DNA of 64,000 nt from Candidatus Bathyarchaeota archaeon (GCA_963726255.1 CAVSBL010000002.1:736001-800000); one strand, 5' to 3'; shown: positions 28,818-38,844, counted from the stretch's first letter. Numbers and translations: made by a program. The notes: a model not told the origin generated them from the sequence alone.

Positions 28818-31121
28818 TCACTTGATTCGCTCGAGCATGTCTGGCCGTTCGGACCTAGCTTTGTCTTCCAATGCGACTTCGTGTTTGCTCCGCCGGAGGG
28901 CCCAGGCGGCCGCCGCAATTAGGAGCAAAGCGACAACGAAAGACGCCCAACCCGTTTTGGCAGCGACGAGGATCGGTGCTATGATTAGGGAGACGAGGTT
29001 GACGACTTTGATCATCGGATTCAATGCTGGGCCGGCAGTATCTTTCAACGGGTCGCCCACCGTGTCGCCGACGACACTGGCCTTGTGGCGTTCGCTACCC
29101 TTCCCCGTGTTCGCGGCTAAGTCGCGAGGCTCATCTTCAATCGTCTTCTTAGCATTGTCCCATGCTCCGCCTGCATTAGCCATGAAGACAGCCAGCAGTT
29201 GACCTGACACAATTATTCCAGCCAAGAAGCCACCCAGGGCTTCTACCCCCAACAGTAGGCCGACTGCTATCGGCACGCTCAGCGCGATTACAGCCAAGGG
29301 AATCAATTCCTTTTGAGCGGCAGCCGTTGAAATTCCTACAACGTTCCGGTAGTCTGGCTGCACCTCGCCCTCCATCACACCCGGTATACGAAATTGCCTC
29401 CGCACCTCTTCGACTATCAATTTAGCAGCCCTCGAAACGGCGCGGATGTTAAGGGAGCTGAACAACCAAGGCAGCGCCCCACCCAACAGCAGGCCCATGA
29501 ATACCTTCACGTCCGAAACGCTAATCGCGAGTAAACCAGTTGCCGTGATGTACGACGCGAACAGAGAGACAGCGGCAATTACAGCCGATGCGATCGCTAT
29601 CCCTTTCGTGATAGCTTTCGTAGTGTTCCCTACCGCGTCAAGGTCCGCCATGATTTGGCGGCCGCGCTTCGTTTCCTCATCGTCCAACTTTTGCCAAGCC
29701 ATCTCGCCGATGCCGTTCGCATTATCGCTGATAGGCCCGTAAGAGTCCATTGCCACATTGTTGCCCGTATGGCTTAGCATGCCGATGCCGATCATTGCTA
29801 TGGCATAGAGTGTGTATACGCCGCCGTTCTCTGGAGGAAAGAGCAGGACCGCTAGAACGAAACTGATGACGATGTAGAGGAGTGCCCAGACCGATGACTC
29901 GAAACCGTTTGCTAGCCCGGAAAGAATCGTTGTTGCCGGCCCTGCGCGTGTAGCTTTGACGATGTCCTTAACTGGATTCTTGTCCGTGGCAGTGAAATAG
30001 GAAGTGAGTGGGTTGAAGCTTACCGCTAGACCAACGCCTATGGCCACGAGCGCCCCCAGCCGCCAATCATTTCCGTAAAGCCAGGCAACAATAAACGCCC
30101 AGAAAACCGTGTTAATGCTGGAGACTTCGTAGGAACGAAACATCGCATCTTCGGCATTCTGCGCCCTCAGAAATTTGATTGGAAACCTGGTCCAAACCGG
30201 CACTGTGAAGGTGCCGAGTATCGATGAAATCACTCCGATTCCGCGAACGATGAGAGGAATGAGTATCCACATGAGCCTATGCTGAGGATCTACCGCCAGC
30301 ACTGCCAAGCCGAGGATCAGGGCCGAAACGATAGTAACTTCGTATGATTCGAAAATATCAGCCGCCATCCCGGCGCAATCGCCCACGTTATCGCCAACCA
30401 GGTCAGCGACAACGGCGGCATTTCGGGGGTCATCTTCGGGAATATCCTTCTCCACTTTTCCGACGAGGTCTGCGCCGACGTCGGCAGCTTTGGTGTATAT
30501 TCCGCCGCCAACTCGCATGAAAAGTGCGAGAAGCGTGCCACCGAACCCAAAGCCGAGCAAGGCATCTGGGGCTGCTTTCCCGAATATGATGAAGATGGAG
30601 GTTCCACCCAAGAGGCCTAGGCCGTCTGTCAACATACCGGTAATTGTCCCGGCGTAGTAAGCTATGGAGAGGGCTTCGTTGAAGCTGCGACGCGATGCGG
30701 ATGCAACGCGTACATTTGCCTGGACTGCCATGCGCATCCCGTATTGGCCAACGATGAGGCTGAATGATGCGCCCAGTACGAAGGCGAGCATGCGCCCGAC
30801 GGCTACGATAAATTGGGCGTTAGTTCCGAACACCTCCGTTGCTTCAGTTGTGGGTTGCACCACGTAAACGCTGAAGAATAGCGCCCCTGCCAAGACGGCT
30901 ATGAGCGGAAGTATTGTTCGAAGCTGCCGATTCAGGTAGGCGTCGGCGCCAACTCGGATGGCATTCCATACCTCTTGCATCTTCTCTGTGCCTTTGTCTT
31001 TCTTTAGAACCCCTCCCCGAAGCCACCAGGCGTAGAGCAAACTTATGATTGCAATTCCGATGATTGCCCAAGGGACAAGCGCCTCAAAGCTGATTACGCC
31101 CATTTCAAACAATTCACGCAA
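28818..31121 (-). CDS. hppA: Membrane-bound pyrophosphatase, second paralog (predicted K+-independent)
   Basis: TKAADVGADLVGKVE, GDNVGDCAGMAADIFESYEV, GNTTKA, GDPLKDTAGPALNPMIK. Confidence 0.93.
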   Translation of the reverse strand: MRELFEMGVISFEALVPWAIIGIAIISLLYAWWLRGGVLKKDKGTEKMQEVWNAIRVGADAYLNRQLRTILPLIAVLAGALFFSVYVVQPTTEATEVFGTNAQFIVAVGRMLAFVLGASFSLIVGQYGMRMAVQANVRVASASRRSFNEALSIAYYAGTITGMLTDGLGLLGGTSIFIIFGKAAPDALLGFGFGGTLLALFMRVGGGIYTKAADVGADLVGKVEKDIPEDDPRNAAVVADLVGDNVGDCAGMAADIFESYEVTIVSALILGLAVLAVDPQHRLMWILIPLIVRGIGVISSILGTFTVPVWTRFPIKFLRAQNAEDAMFRSYEVSSINTVFWAFIVAWLYGNDWRLGALVAIGVGLAVSFNPLTSYFTATDKNPVKDIVKATRAGPATTILSGLANGFESSVWALLYIVISFVLAVLLFPPENGGVYTLYAIAMIGIGMLSHTGNNVAMDSYGPISDNANGIGEMAWQKLDDEETKRGRQIMADLDAVGNTTKAITKGIAIASAVIAAVSLFASYITATGLLAISVSDVKVFMGLLLGGALPWLFSSLNIRAVSRAAKLIVEEVRRQFRIPGVMEGEVQPDYRNVVGISTAAAQKELIPLAVIALSVPIAVGLLLGVEALGGFLAGIIVSGQLLAVFMANAGGAWDNAKKTIEDEPRDLAANTGKGSERHKASVVGDTVGDPLKDTAGPALNPMIKVVNLVSLIIAPILVAAKTGWASFVVALLLIAAAAWALRRSKHEVALEDKARSERPDMLERIK

Positions 31122-31172
31122 CTCCTTGAGCAGTTTTGACCAAACGCATCGACTACTGCACTTTCAACGTTT

Positions 31173-32051
31173 TTGCTGAGCGCATTTTGCGCGCAGGGTC
31201 ATACGTTATTTAAGCAACAAGTACAGCTGTCGCAGTTGGAACTCACCAAGATTCAAGAGGATGCTGTTTCAGAGTTGGGGAGATTGGTTTCAGTTATTGG
31301 TTTGGAGAAGATCGGGCTTGTGAAACATGGTGACGATGTTGGGCAAGTGATATTCGACGCTGTGAAATTGGAGGGCCTGGATTTTGTGGATGGCGACGTT
31401 GTTGTAATCTCTCAGAAGATAGTGTCCAAAGCAGAGGGACTCGAGGTTGACATCTCGACAATTAAGCCGAGCCCGAAAGCTAGGGCTATCGCGCGCAAGA
31501 CAGGTAAGGATGCAAGGCTTGTCCAGTTGATACTCCGAGACTCTCGGAGCGTCCTGCGTGCGGACCGCCAAGGTCTGATTGTTCAGAGGAAGGACGGGCT
31601 GATATGCTTGAACGCTGGAGTTGATAAGTCGAACATAGAAGGCCGCCTCAATTACGCGCCCCTCCCCGCAAACTCGGACTTGGCCGCCAGCAAGGTCAGG
31701 GTTAGACTGGAGCAATTGTCCGGCAGGAGGCTCGCGGTGATAGTCGCGGACACTTACAGCCGACCGCTACGGGCTGGGCAGGTGGAGTTCGCCATCGGAG
31801 TCTCAGGGCTAGAACCAATCATCGACTACCGCGGCTTGAAGGACATGTTCGGCTACCAGCTGAGGTACAAGTTCGTAGGCTTAGCGGATGAGATTGCGGC
31901 TGCTGCGGAGTTGGTTATGGGACAGGGGACTGAGCGGACCCCTGTAGCCGTAGTGAGAGGGCTCACCCGCGTTGAATTAACGGAGGAGGCTAGGTTGTCG
32001 AGAAAGCTGCTGATGGGGAAGCAGGTAGACCTCTTTCATGGAATCATTTGA
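31173..32051 (+). CDS. cofE: Coenzyme F420-0:L-glutamate ligase
   Basis: GDVVVISQKIVSKAEG, NAGVDKSN, DTYSRPLR.G, ADEIAAAAELVMGQ..E.TPVAVVRG; true start likely downstream (about 31274). Confidence 0.92.
   Translation: MLSAFCAQGHTLFKQQVQLSQLELTKIQEDAVSELGRLVSVIGLEKIGLVKHGDDVGQVIFDAVKLEGLDFVDGDVVVISQKIVSKAEGLEVDISTIKPSPKARAIARKTGKDARLVQLILRDSRSVLRADRQGLIVQRKDGLICLNAGVDKSNIEGRLNYAPLPANSDLAASKVRVRLEQLSGRRLAVIVADTYSRPLRAGQVEFAIGVSGLEPIIDYRGLKDMFGYQLRYKFVGLADEIAAAAELVMGQGTERTPVAVVRGLTRVELTEEARLSRKLLMGKQVDLFHGII
31204..31214 (-). promoter_or_regulatory. Putative TATA element CTTAAATAACG between divergent hppA and cofE
   Basis: Same 11-mer as 28763-28773; could serve either divergent gene. Confidence 0.4.
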
Positions 32052-32122
32052 GAACGAGGCTCACGCCGCAATAATAGGTGTATTGAAGTAGATTAGATCA
32101 ATACGGGTAATACGCAGAAAGG

Positions 32123-33085
32123 TTGGGAAGTTTGAGCAATGTTCAAAGTCCTCCGGTCCGGCTCCTGAAGAGACTCGTCAATGTTGCTTTTTTCGGGAAG
32201 CGAAAATTCGTTTTTTGGGAAAGTTTGGGGCTGCATGCTACCCCCGTTAATTACTACCAGCCGGTTCCCGATACAAGAAAATTGGCCGCCAGGGTCTGGC
32301 CAAAAGCTACGCCGCTTGTGGGGATTGATCTTAATGAAAAGAGACAATTGGAACTTTTGTCCGTGTTTGTTTCAAGATTCAAGCAAGAGTATACTCAATT
32401 TCCCATAACGAAGACGGGCAGGCCCAACGAGTATTATGTTGGCAACCCAAACTTTCGTTCTGTTGATGGGGAGATCTTGTATTGCATGATACGTCACTTT
32501 AGACCCCGCAAGATAATTGAAGTAGGCTCAGGATTCTCCACCTGCTTGTCTGCCCAGGCTGTTGAAAAGAACCAACAGGAGAAAACGGGTTACGCGTGTG
32601 AGTTGACGGCCATTGAACCGTTCCCTAAAGAGTTTTTCAAGAAGGGTTTTCCGGGTCTTGCCCGGCTTATCACTGAGGAAGTGGAAAACATTCCATTATC
32701 AGAATTTGAGAGTCTCGGCCGCAATGACATTCTCTTCATAGACTCCAGCCACGTTCTAAGGACGGGGGGTGACATACGCTATCTATACTTGGAAGTCCTG
32801 CCCAGACTTCGCAACGGGGTTCTGGTGCATATTCATGATATATTCCTGCCAGAAGACTATCCTCGTTGGTGGGTGCTGAAAGCGAGACGGTTCTGGACTG
32901 AACAGTACGTCTTGCAAGCTTTCTTGATATTCAACGAGAGATACGAGGTGTTATGGGCATCGAATTACATGTGCACAAAACATCCCAAGAAAATAGCACG
33001 TTCCTTTCCTTCGTACGAAGTATGTCCGAAAGGCGCAGAGCCACAGATTTACGCCAATAGCCTATGGCTCCGGAGACTCAAGTGA
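32123..33085 (+). CDS. Class I SAM-dependent methyltransferase (Methyltransf_24-like)
   Basis: RPRKIIEVGSGFST, LFIDSSH, HIHDIFLP.DYP, WTEQY. Confidence 0.88.
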   Translation: MGSLSNVQSPPVRLLKRLVNVAFFGKRKFVFWESLGLHATPVNYYQPVPDTRKLAARVWPKATPLVGIDLNEKRQLELLSVFVSRFKQEYTQFPITKTGRPNEYYVGNPNFRSVDGEILYCMIRHFRPRKIIEVGSGFSTCLSAQAVEKNQQEKTGYACELTAIEPFPKEFFKKGFPGLARLITEEVENIPLSEFESLGRNDILFIDSSHVLRTGGDIRYLYLEVLPRLRNGVLVHIHDIFLPEDYPRWWVLKARRFWTEQYVLQAFLIFNERYEVLWASNYMCTKHPKKIARSFPSYEVCPKGAEPQIYANSLWLRRLK

Positions 33086-33169
33086 ATCGGCGCACAATGT
33101 AGCCTCCTTTAGCTTGTTCGTTGATAGCTGATCGGATTCTGACTAGCGAAACAACAAAAACCTACGCGT

Positions 33170-33442
33170 CAGGTAGAGTTTGCTATAGGGGTGTCAGGCC
33201 TAGAGCCGATCATCGACTACCGCGGGTTGAAGGACATTTTCGGCTACGAGCTGAGGTTCAAGTTCGTAGGGTTAGCTGATGAGGTTGCGGCGGCGGCTGA
33301 ACTGGTTATGGGACAGCGAACTGAACGCACACCCGTAGCGATAATGAGAGGCCTGCCCCGCGTCGAATTGACGGAGGAACCCAGCTTGTCAAGGAAGCTG
33401 TTGATAGGGAAACAGGTGGACCTCTTCCATAACATCATTTGA
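33170..33442 (+). pseudogene. cofE: cofE 3'-end fragment (second copy)
   Basis: QVEFAIGVSGLEPIIDYRGLKDIFGYELRFK...KQVDLFHNII; lacks the 5' two-thirds of the gene. Confidence 0.9.
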
Positions 33443-33524
33443 GAGAATTACTTCTTCATCTTGTACTTGTTCGAAAGTGTTTTATTGAGTCGAATGGAGC
33501 CCTCTTCCAAAGCTTGAATGGATT

Positions 33525-33812
33525 ATGAGCGAAGCCACTCCGCCTACGGGCGAGGTCCAGATGGGTGCGGATGACAAGTACCTCGTAGACATTCTCACGC
33601 CGCCCAAAGCGGTTCCGAGCTCGAAGGAATCATTGGAGGCCATCAAGGGAGCCGTCAAGGGCAAAATGCTGGCGAAGATGAAGAAGGAGGCGGTTGACTG
33701 TCCAGTGAAGTTGAAGGTCGTGTCCTTCGTCGAATGCTTCACATGCCCCAACTTCAACAGGCGGGTCCGCGGGAAAGTTGGCTGCAAAGGCCTTCCGCTC
33801 CCAGCCAAGTGA
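33525..33812 (+). CDS. Small Cys-containing hypothetical protein
   Basis: 95 aa; VDCP...ECFTCPNF...VGCKG; protein-like composition. Confidence 0.7.
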   Translation: MSEATPPTGEVQMGADDKYLVDILTPPKAVPSSKESLEAIKGAVKGKMLAKMKKEAVDCPVKLKVVSFVECFTCPNFNRRVRGKVGCKGLPLPAK

Positions 33813-33890
33813 TAGTTGCCTTCTTCTGTGAGACGTTCTAGCTGTTCGGGTAGATTTGCGCCCCTTCAACGCCTTCTTATTGGTCCCTAG

Positions 33891-34000
33891 TGGTCCCACC
33901 CCTCAATGGGTGGGACCATCCATGTTTTCGCACGCGTTTGGCGGTGGGGTGGTGCCAAATGGTGGCACCCCTCATTGGGTGGATCCGCCCCTCGGGTGGT
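33891..34000. repeat. Cluster of related GC-rich inverted repeats
   Basis: TGGTCCCACCC-CTCAAT-GGGTGGGACCA (perfect 11-bp stem); CACCC-CTCATT-GGGTG; CGCCCCTCGGGTG; imperfect GGGGTGGTGCCA..TGGTGGCACCCC. Confidence 0.7.
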
Positions 34001-34076
34001 GTAGTTTTGTGGGCATAACATGTTACTCCTTCGTAGTCTTCAACGAGCCCAGGCAAGAGTGTGAGCAGACGAGCTA

Positions 34077-34373
34077 GTGGTCGAGGAGATGCTCCGATAC
34101 GCCGAGCTCCTACAATCTCAGACGGCGACAAAGATCGTAGCGGCCCTCGTATGGAAGACCAGGATCGTGAGAGTGCCAGAGAACGTCAGAAAGATCTGCA
34201 AGACCTACATCGAGACGCCCGACAAAGCGGGCATCCTTCACGCAGCCACATGCCTCCAGACAAGTGCAACACTGATCACGAACGACCGACACTTCGACAG
34301 AATACGGAAACAGCGAATCATAGAGGTCTGGACAATCATCGAAGCCATCAACGCCCTCCAGCTTTCGAACTAG
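34077..34373 (+). pseudogene. N-terminally truncated PIN/VapC domain gene
   Basis: ELVVEEMLRY...PDKAGILHAATCLQTSATLITNDRHFD; first acidic PIN motif missing (in-frame stop just upstream); Gly where an Asp is expected before ILHAA. Confidence 0.7.
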
Positions 34374-34464
34374 CGCCTTCTTCGAACATGGTGCGCCGCG
34401 CCTCAAGGCATTTGCGATGTCTACACCAAGCGAGGGTTGCCGACATTGCAACCGCGGTTCAATC

Positions 34465-35250
34465 TTAGCGTCGTAATCCCCCGAACCCGATTCCATAGAA
34501 GCGTACGGGTCTGCGATTCATTTGGCAAGCAAAGTCGGAGAATGCAGAGTTCCAACCCACATCATGCGAAAGAAGGACACCGCCCGCTCTCACTGTACGC
34601 CATGTGGTTTGATACTCGAACATCATGTTGTCGTATGTGTGTTCGCTGTCATGAATGAAAATATCGACCTGGCCTACTTCAGAAAGCACTTTCGGCAAAA
34701 CCTCTGAACTGAGCCCCAAATGTAATTTCCACCGTGCCCTGAGATAATCCGGGACGACAAAACCTGGTTGCTTACCCGGAGGAATCACTGCGACAGCAAC
34801 TCCTGTTCTTGCGTATTCTGGCTCATTCTTCACCAAAACCTCTTCATAGTTGGGCTCGTCGATTGAATGAAGAATGCCGTACGAATTGTCGTTGAGTGCC
34901 TTCAAGATGAAGACCGATGATACACCTGCAGCCACACCAGTTTCCACTACGATTCTAGGCCGGATTAGGCGGCAGACCGCGTAAAGAAAATGCGCGGCTT
35001 CGAACGAAATCTCGCCGCGGTAGTTTCCACCAGTCTCGTTGAGTGCAGCACGAACATGTTCCTCCAATTCGTTCCTACCCTTGATCTGCTTGTAGAATTG
35101 GTATACCGTGCCCATCTTCGCGCCCGCGAGTTGGGCGAGATAATGACACAACACTCCGTCTTCCCCAAGCATCAGACGTAAAGCCGTGTAGCGTGGATTT
35201 CTAAGACCAAAACCAATTGTCGAGAACGTCACTACAAGCCCTGCGATCAT
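34465..35250 (-). CDS. Class I SAM-dependent methyltransferase (Methyltransf_24-like)
   Basis: RPRIVVETGVAAGVSS, LHSID, DIFIHDSEHTYDNMMFEY, GGVLLSHD. Confidence 0.88.
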   Translation of the reverse strand: MIAGLVVTFSTIGFGLRNPRYTALRLMLGEDGVLCHYLAQLAGAKMGTVYQFYKQIKGRNELEEHVRAALNETGGNYRGEISFEAAHFLYAVCRLIRPRIVVETGVAAGVSSVFILKALNDNSYGILHSIDEPNYEEVLVKNEPEYARTGVAVAVIPPGKQPGFVVPDYLRARWKLHLGLSSEVLPKVLSEVGQVDIFIHDSEHTYDNMMFEYQTTWRTVRAGGVLLSHDVGWNSAFSDFACQMNRRPVRFYGIGFGGLRR

Positions 35251-35413
35251 TGGATTCTGGGTCCGCCAGAAAATAGGTTTGCCTTCACCCTATTCAGATG
35301 GGTCGGATAGTGTGGCTTGTTGTGACTGATTCCAGTTGTGTGAGTCCCCATAACGGATGGAGTTGCCTGGTCTTGAGCAACGATTCGATAACTCTATCAA
35401 TCATTCTGTTGAG

Positions 35414-36295
35414 CTATGCTACCGAGTCACTCCCGTCGCTCGACCTCCCCGACAGACCGATTACGAGCCCAAGAAAGCTGCAGAGCCAATTGACCGCCCA
35501 GTAGGGAACAAGGCTGAGCCTCCTATACCTCACGGCACAATGGAGGGCCGAATAAAGCGACCAGAAAGGAGAAATCAGTGCTTCATTAGCTCTGTATTTC
35601 TTGAAGCGCGTCGCCCCCCCATAGCGTTCGTAATTGAAGCGTTGCCTGGCGAGTTCGGACAACTCCCGTCTGTGAAGGTGATAGACCACCGCCCGTGCGG
35701 TTGACACTCCGACTACATGTTTGTCTTTAGCAAGGCTGCGGCATAGGTCTCGGTCCTCGCCTGCGCGCATACGTGGGTCAAACGGATGGCTGAGGACGAG
35801 CTCTCGCTTGAACATACCCGCCATGGTCGGAATGAAAATCCTCGGACCGGGGTGGTTGAAGAAACGGCGAAACACTTCATCGATAGACCTTTGCCAATAT
35901 GTTGCGTTCTCTCGGCTCAAGATATGGGCGTGGATACCTGCCCAGCCGTTTTCTTCCAGTTCGGAGCGCATGGCTCTGATGCAACCGCGACCTAGCTCGG
36001 CATCACTGTCGAGAAACATAACGAACTTCCCTCTTGCATTTTCAACACCGAGCTGACGACAATATCCCAGCGAATCTGATGGACTGCGCAGTACCCTAAC
36101 ACCATACTGCATGAGGATACCGAGCGTTTTGTCTGTAGATCGCGTATCTACAGACAAGATCTCCTTCGGTCTCTCCTCGACCACCGACCTTATGCATGCC
36201 TCGATGGTCCGCTGGGAGCTACGGGTGAGAATAACGACGGACACATCGAGATTCTCTTCACTTTGTCCCTGTGCTGCCAACGAAATTTCACCCAT
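35414..36295 (-). CDS. Glycosyltransferase family 2
   Basis: VSVVILTRS, STDKT, FLDSD, AGEDRDL. Confidence 0.88.
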   Translation of the reverse strand: MGEISLAAQGQSEENLDVSVVILTRSSQRTIEACIRSVVEERPKEILSVDTRSTDKTLGILMQYGVRVLRSPSDSLGYCRQLGVENARGKFVMFLDSDAELGRGCIRAMRSELEENGWAGIHAHILSRENATYWQRSIDEVFRRFFNHPGPRIFIPTMAGMFKRELVLSHPFDPRMRAGEDRDLCRSLAKDKHVVGVSTARAVVYHLHRRELSELARQRFNYERYGGATRFKKYRANEALISPFWSLYSALHCAVRYRRLSLVPYWAVNWLCSFLGLVIGLSGRSSDGSDSVA

Positions 36296-36415
36296 TCTTT
36301 AAACCCGGACCTACGACAAGATGGTCAAGGTTCGAATCGACTAAGTCGAAGATAAGTCGACTGGCGTTAAGTACGCTACATGTTCCCTTAGACAGCGCAT
36401 CAAAGGGCCACCGCG

Positions 36416-38035
36416 CTATTCCGTTCCCGGGCGTAACCCGGCCAGCCTGGCCGCAAGGGCGAGGAGCCGCTGTAAGCGAGCCGGCGTCAAATCGCTCACG
36501 AATTCAAGGTCTCTTCTAGTAAGTAAGTGGAACACGCGTAGTGAACCTAAGTAAATGATGGCACCAACCACGACGACGATAGGGAGCATTGCGAGCTTCA
36601 AGAGGAACGAGTGTGCGAAGCTCAGGGCGAAGAATACGACGACGCCCATAATCGCGGATCCAGCTGCCGCGCTCAGGAAGGCCTTGAGGTCGAATTCGAA
36701 GAAACCCTTCCGGAATAATGCAAAACCGTAGATCACAGTCACCAAGGCCATCAGGGTGGCGCGGCCCATTGCGGGCCCACTCAACCCGAAGATTGGCGTC
36801 AGAAAGTAGGAGACGGCGACCATCCCAACTAAGCCGAGTAGGTTGGCCGCGGTAAACCACCTCAACTCTCCAGCCGCCAACAACGCCCCCGCATACACTG
36901 CTCCGACCGCAGTCAAACCTGTCGCAAGAGAGACAATTACAGAAGGCAACAAGCCGCCCACGTATGCCTGACCGAAGATTCTCAAGGCAACATCTGTAAT
37001 TGAAGCAAAACCAAACGCGACTGGCAGCACTACGATCGACACATACCGAGTGTACGAATATACCATATCACGCATCTCCCGTATCCTCTTCGTTACGTGC
37101 AAGGAGGATAGAGCGGGTAACAGAACGGTCAGCAGGGCGTAGGGGGCGAAGCCGGCGAAACTCGCGGCAACAATGGCCACGTTGTAAATCGCAAGCTCAG
37201 GCAACCCCTGCCGGGCGAGGGTGAAAACCTTGTCAGCCTGATTTACCCCGAAACCAATGAGCGCGCTCAGAAGCGTATAGAGCGAATAACGCACAAGGTC
37301 GGACATGGAGAACCCTGAGCGTCCTCTCCCAGCCTGCAAAGTGCGAATCGATTTCTGGAACGCCAAAACCAGCAATACAGCATCGCCTAGAATCCAACCA
37401 ACAAGCACGCCCGAGATTGCGAACGTGAGCAAGAGGACGGAAGCGAGGGCGTAACGCGCGGCGCTCCAGAGAATAAGGTACAGAGTCGCGCTCTTCATTT
37501 TGCCCAGCGCTATGAGCGCCCCAACGCAGACCTGCCCCACTGATATGATTAGAACGTCGACGCCCGAGAGCCGAACGTAGTTTAGGGAAACTGCTTGTCC
37601 ACCAAGAAACGGAATCATCAGACCGGGGGCAGCGATGAGAACAGCGGCAATAACCCCGCCGATAGCCAGCGAGAAGGCAAGAGAAGCGGTGAAGAGTTTT
37701 CCAGCCCCCGAACGAGCCCTCTTCGTCAGCAGTTCCGGGATAAATTTCAGGACTGCCAATGGTGCTGGGACAGGAGACTGCATTGCTATCGGCTGGGCTA
37801 AGATGCAAACAGTGACCAAGAACCAGATCATGATGTTCAGGGCCGTGACGATTCCGACACCCAGTGTGGAATGAAGGAAGTTTGTTAGTACGAGAAAATA
37901 GAGAGTATTCGCGATGAGCACGACAATGTTCGCAGCGTATAGGGAGGTTGCTCCTCTAGCAACCGACGCTTGAGTTTTCAAATGAACGTCTCCCCGAAAC
38001 AAATCTGCGCGCTTGCTGTTTGAAGCTTCGGCCAC
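36416..38035 (-). CDS. Oligosaccharide flippase (Wzx/MOP family)
   Basis: About 14 hydrophobic segments; VARGA, QADK, LAIYNVA, LLPALS. Confidence 0.85.
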   Translation of the reverse strand: MAEASNSKRADLFRGDVHLKTQASVARGATSLYAANIVVLIANTLYFLVLTNFLHSTLGVGIVTALNIMIWFLVTVCILAQPIAMQSPVPAPLAVLKFIPELLTKRARSGAGKLFTASLAFSLAIGGVIAAVLIAAPGLMIPFLGGQAVSLNYVRLSGVDVLIISVGQVCVGALIALGKMKSATLYLILWSAARYALASVLLLTFAISGVLVGWILGDAVLLVLAFQKSIRTLQAGRGRSGFSMSDLVRYSLYTLLSALIGFGVNQADKVFTLARQGLPELAIYNVAIVAASFAGFAPYALLTVLLPALSSLHVTKRIREMRDMVYSYTRYVSIVVLPVAFGFASITDVALRIFGQAYVGGLLPSVIVSLATGLTAVGAVYAGALLAAGELRWFTAANLLGLVGMVAVSYFLTPIFGLSGPAMGRATLMALVTVIYGFALFRKGFFEFDLKAFLSAAAGSAIMGVVVFFALSFAHSFLLKLAMLPIVVVVGAIIYLGSLRVFHLLTRRDLEFVSDLTPARLQRLLALAARLAGLRPGTE

Positions 38036-38145
38036 GCAAAAACAAACTGCGCTATAAGTGGATTCTGGATTACCGGATCAGTGCCGTCAAAGGCTTATTA
38101 CCCCACAATCAATTTGCTTGATGTCGGAGTTTCTGGTGCATTAGA

Positions 38146-38844
38146 TTGAAGGCGGCCATTCTAGCCGGGGGAGCGGGAACCCGCCTCTACCCTATCACCG
38201 CGTATGTGCCTAAAGCCCTGATACCCCTCGGAAGCCGCTATGTTATCGAGTACATAATCGACTACCTGAAACACCATGGCATCAACGAAATTGTGGTGCT
38301 AATTTCACGGAACGAGTATGACCTGCTCCGAAACCACCTGGGCGATGGAACCCGATTCGGCATGAGCATAGAATACTCGGTTGCGGAACGAATCGGGACG
38401 GCAGGAGCTCTTGGCGCGGCCAGCCACCTTCTGAGCGATACATTCGTTGTCTATTATGGTGATGTCCTCACGAACATGGATCTGACATCCATGATTCGAT
38501 TTCATGCTAGCAAGAAAGCCTTCTGCACACTTGCCATGAGCACCTCTGTCCCGATAGAGTACGGAGTAGCCCGCGTCTCCGAAGACGGCAGAGTGACATT
38601 CTTCGAAGAGAAACCTATCTTAAAGGAGTATCCAGTCAGCATGGGAATCTACGTGCTCGACAGGGAGGCCCTGACGTATTGCAAACCCAACACAGACTTT
38701 GCTCAGAATGTGATTCCAAGCCTTCTGGGTGATCGGAAAAGCGTCTTCGCGTACCTCACGAACAAGCGCCACTACGACATCGGCACATTCAAAAACTTGG
38801 AAGAAGTGCGCGAACTAATTGAGCGAAACAAAAGCCTATTCTGA
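38146..38844 (+). CDS. Sugar-phosphate nucleotidyltransferase
   Basis: ILAGGAGTRLYPIT..PKAL, GTAGAL, YGD, FEEKP, DIG. Confidence 0.9.
   Translation: MKAAILAGGAGTRLYPITAYVPKALIPLGSRYVIEYIIDYLKHHGINEIVVLISRNEYDLLRNHLGDGTRFGMSIEYSVAERIGTAGALGAASHLLSDTFVVYYGDVLTNMDLTSMIRFHASKKAFCTLAMSTSVPIEYGVARVSEDGRVTFFEEKPILKEYPVSMGIYVLDREALTYCKPNTDFAQNVIPSLLGDRKSVFAYLTNKRHYDIGTFKNLEEVRELIERNKSLF

Larger units (their letters stand above)
31779..33442 (+). repeat. Diverged direct repeat: cofE 3' 273 bp at 31779-32051 and 33170-33442
   Basis: Both copies run colinearly from CAGGT(G/A)GAGTT... to ...ATCATTTGAGA, with many synonymous differences. Confidence 0.92.

Noticed and set aside
26817-30867. Many long antisense ORFs over the hppA genes (similar ones lie over mgtA)
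   Set aside because: Expected from codon bias on the opposite strand of well-supported genes.
31779-33442. cofE repeat as attL/attR of an integrative element
   Set aside because: The copies are diverged rather than identical, and the 1.1 kb interior encodes no recombinase.
33891-34000. Palindromic repeats as a mini CRISPR array
   Set aside because: Only 2-3 unequal units with irregular spacing and no cas genes.
36320-36365. GGTTCGAATC T-loop-like motif and short AAGTCGA repeat
   Set aside because: No T-stem, acceptor stem or cloverleaf can be built around it; not called as tRNA.
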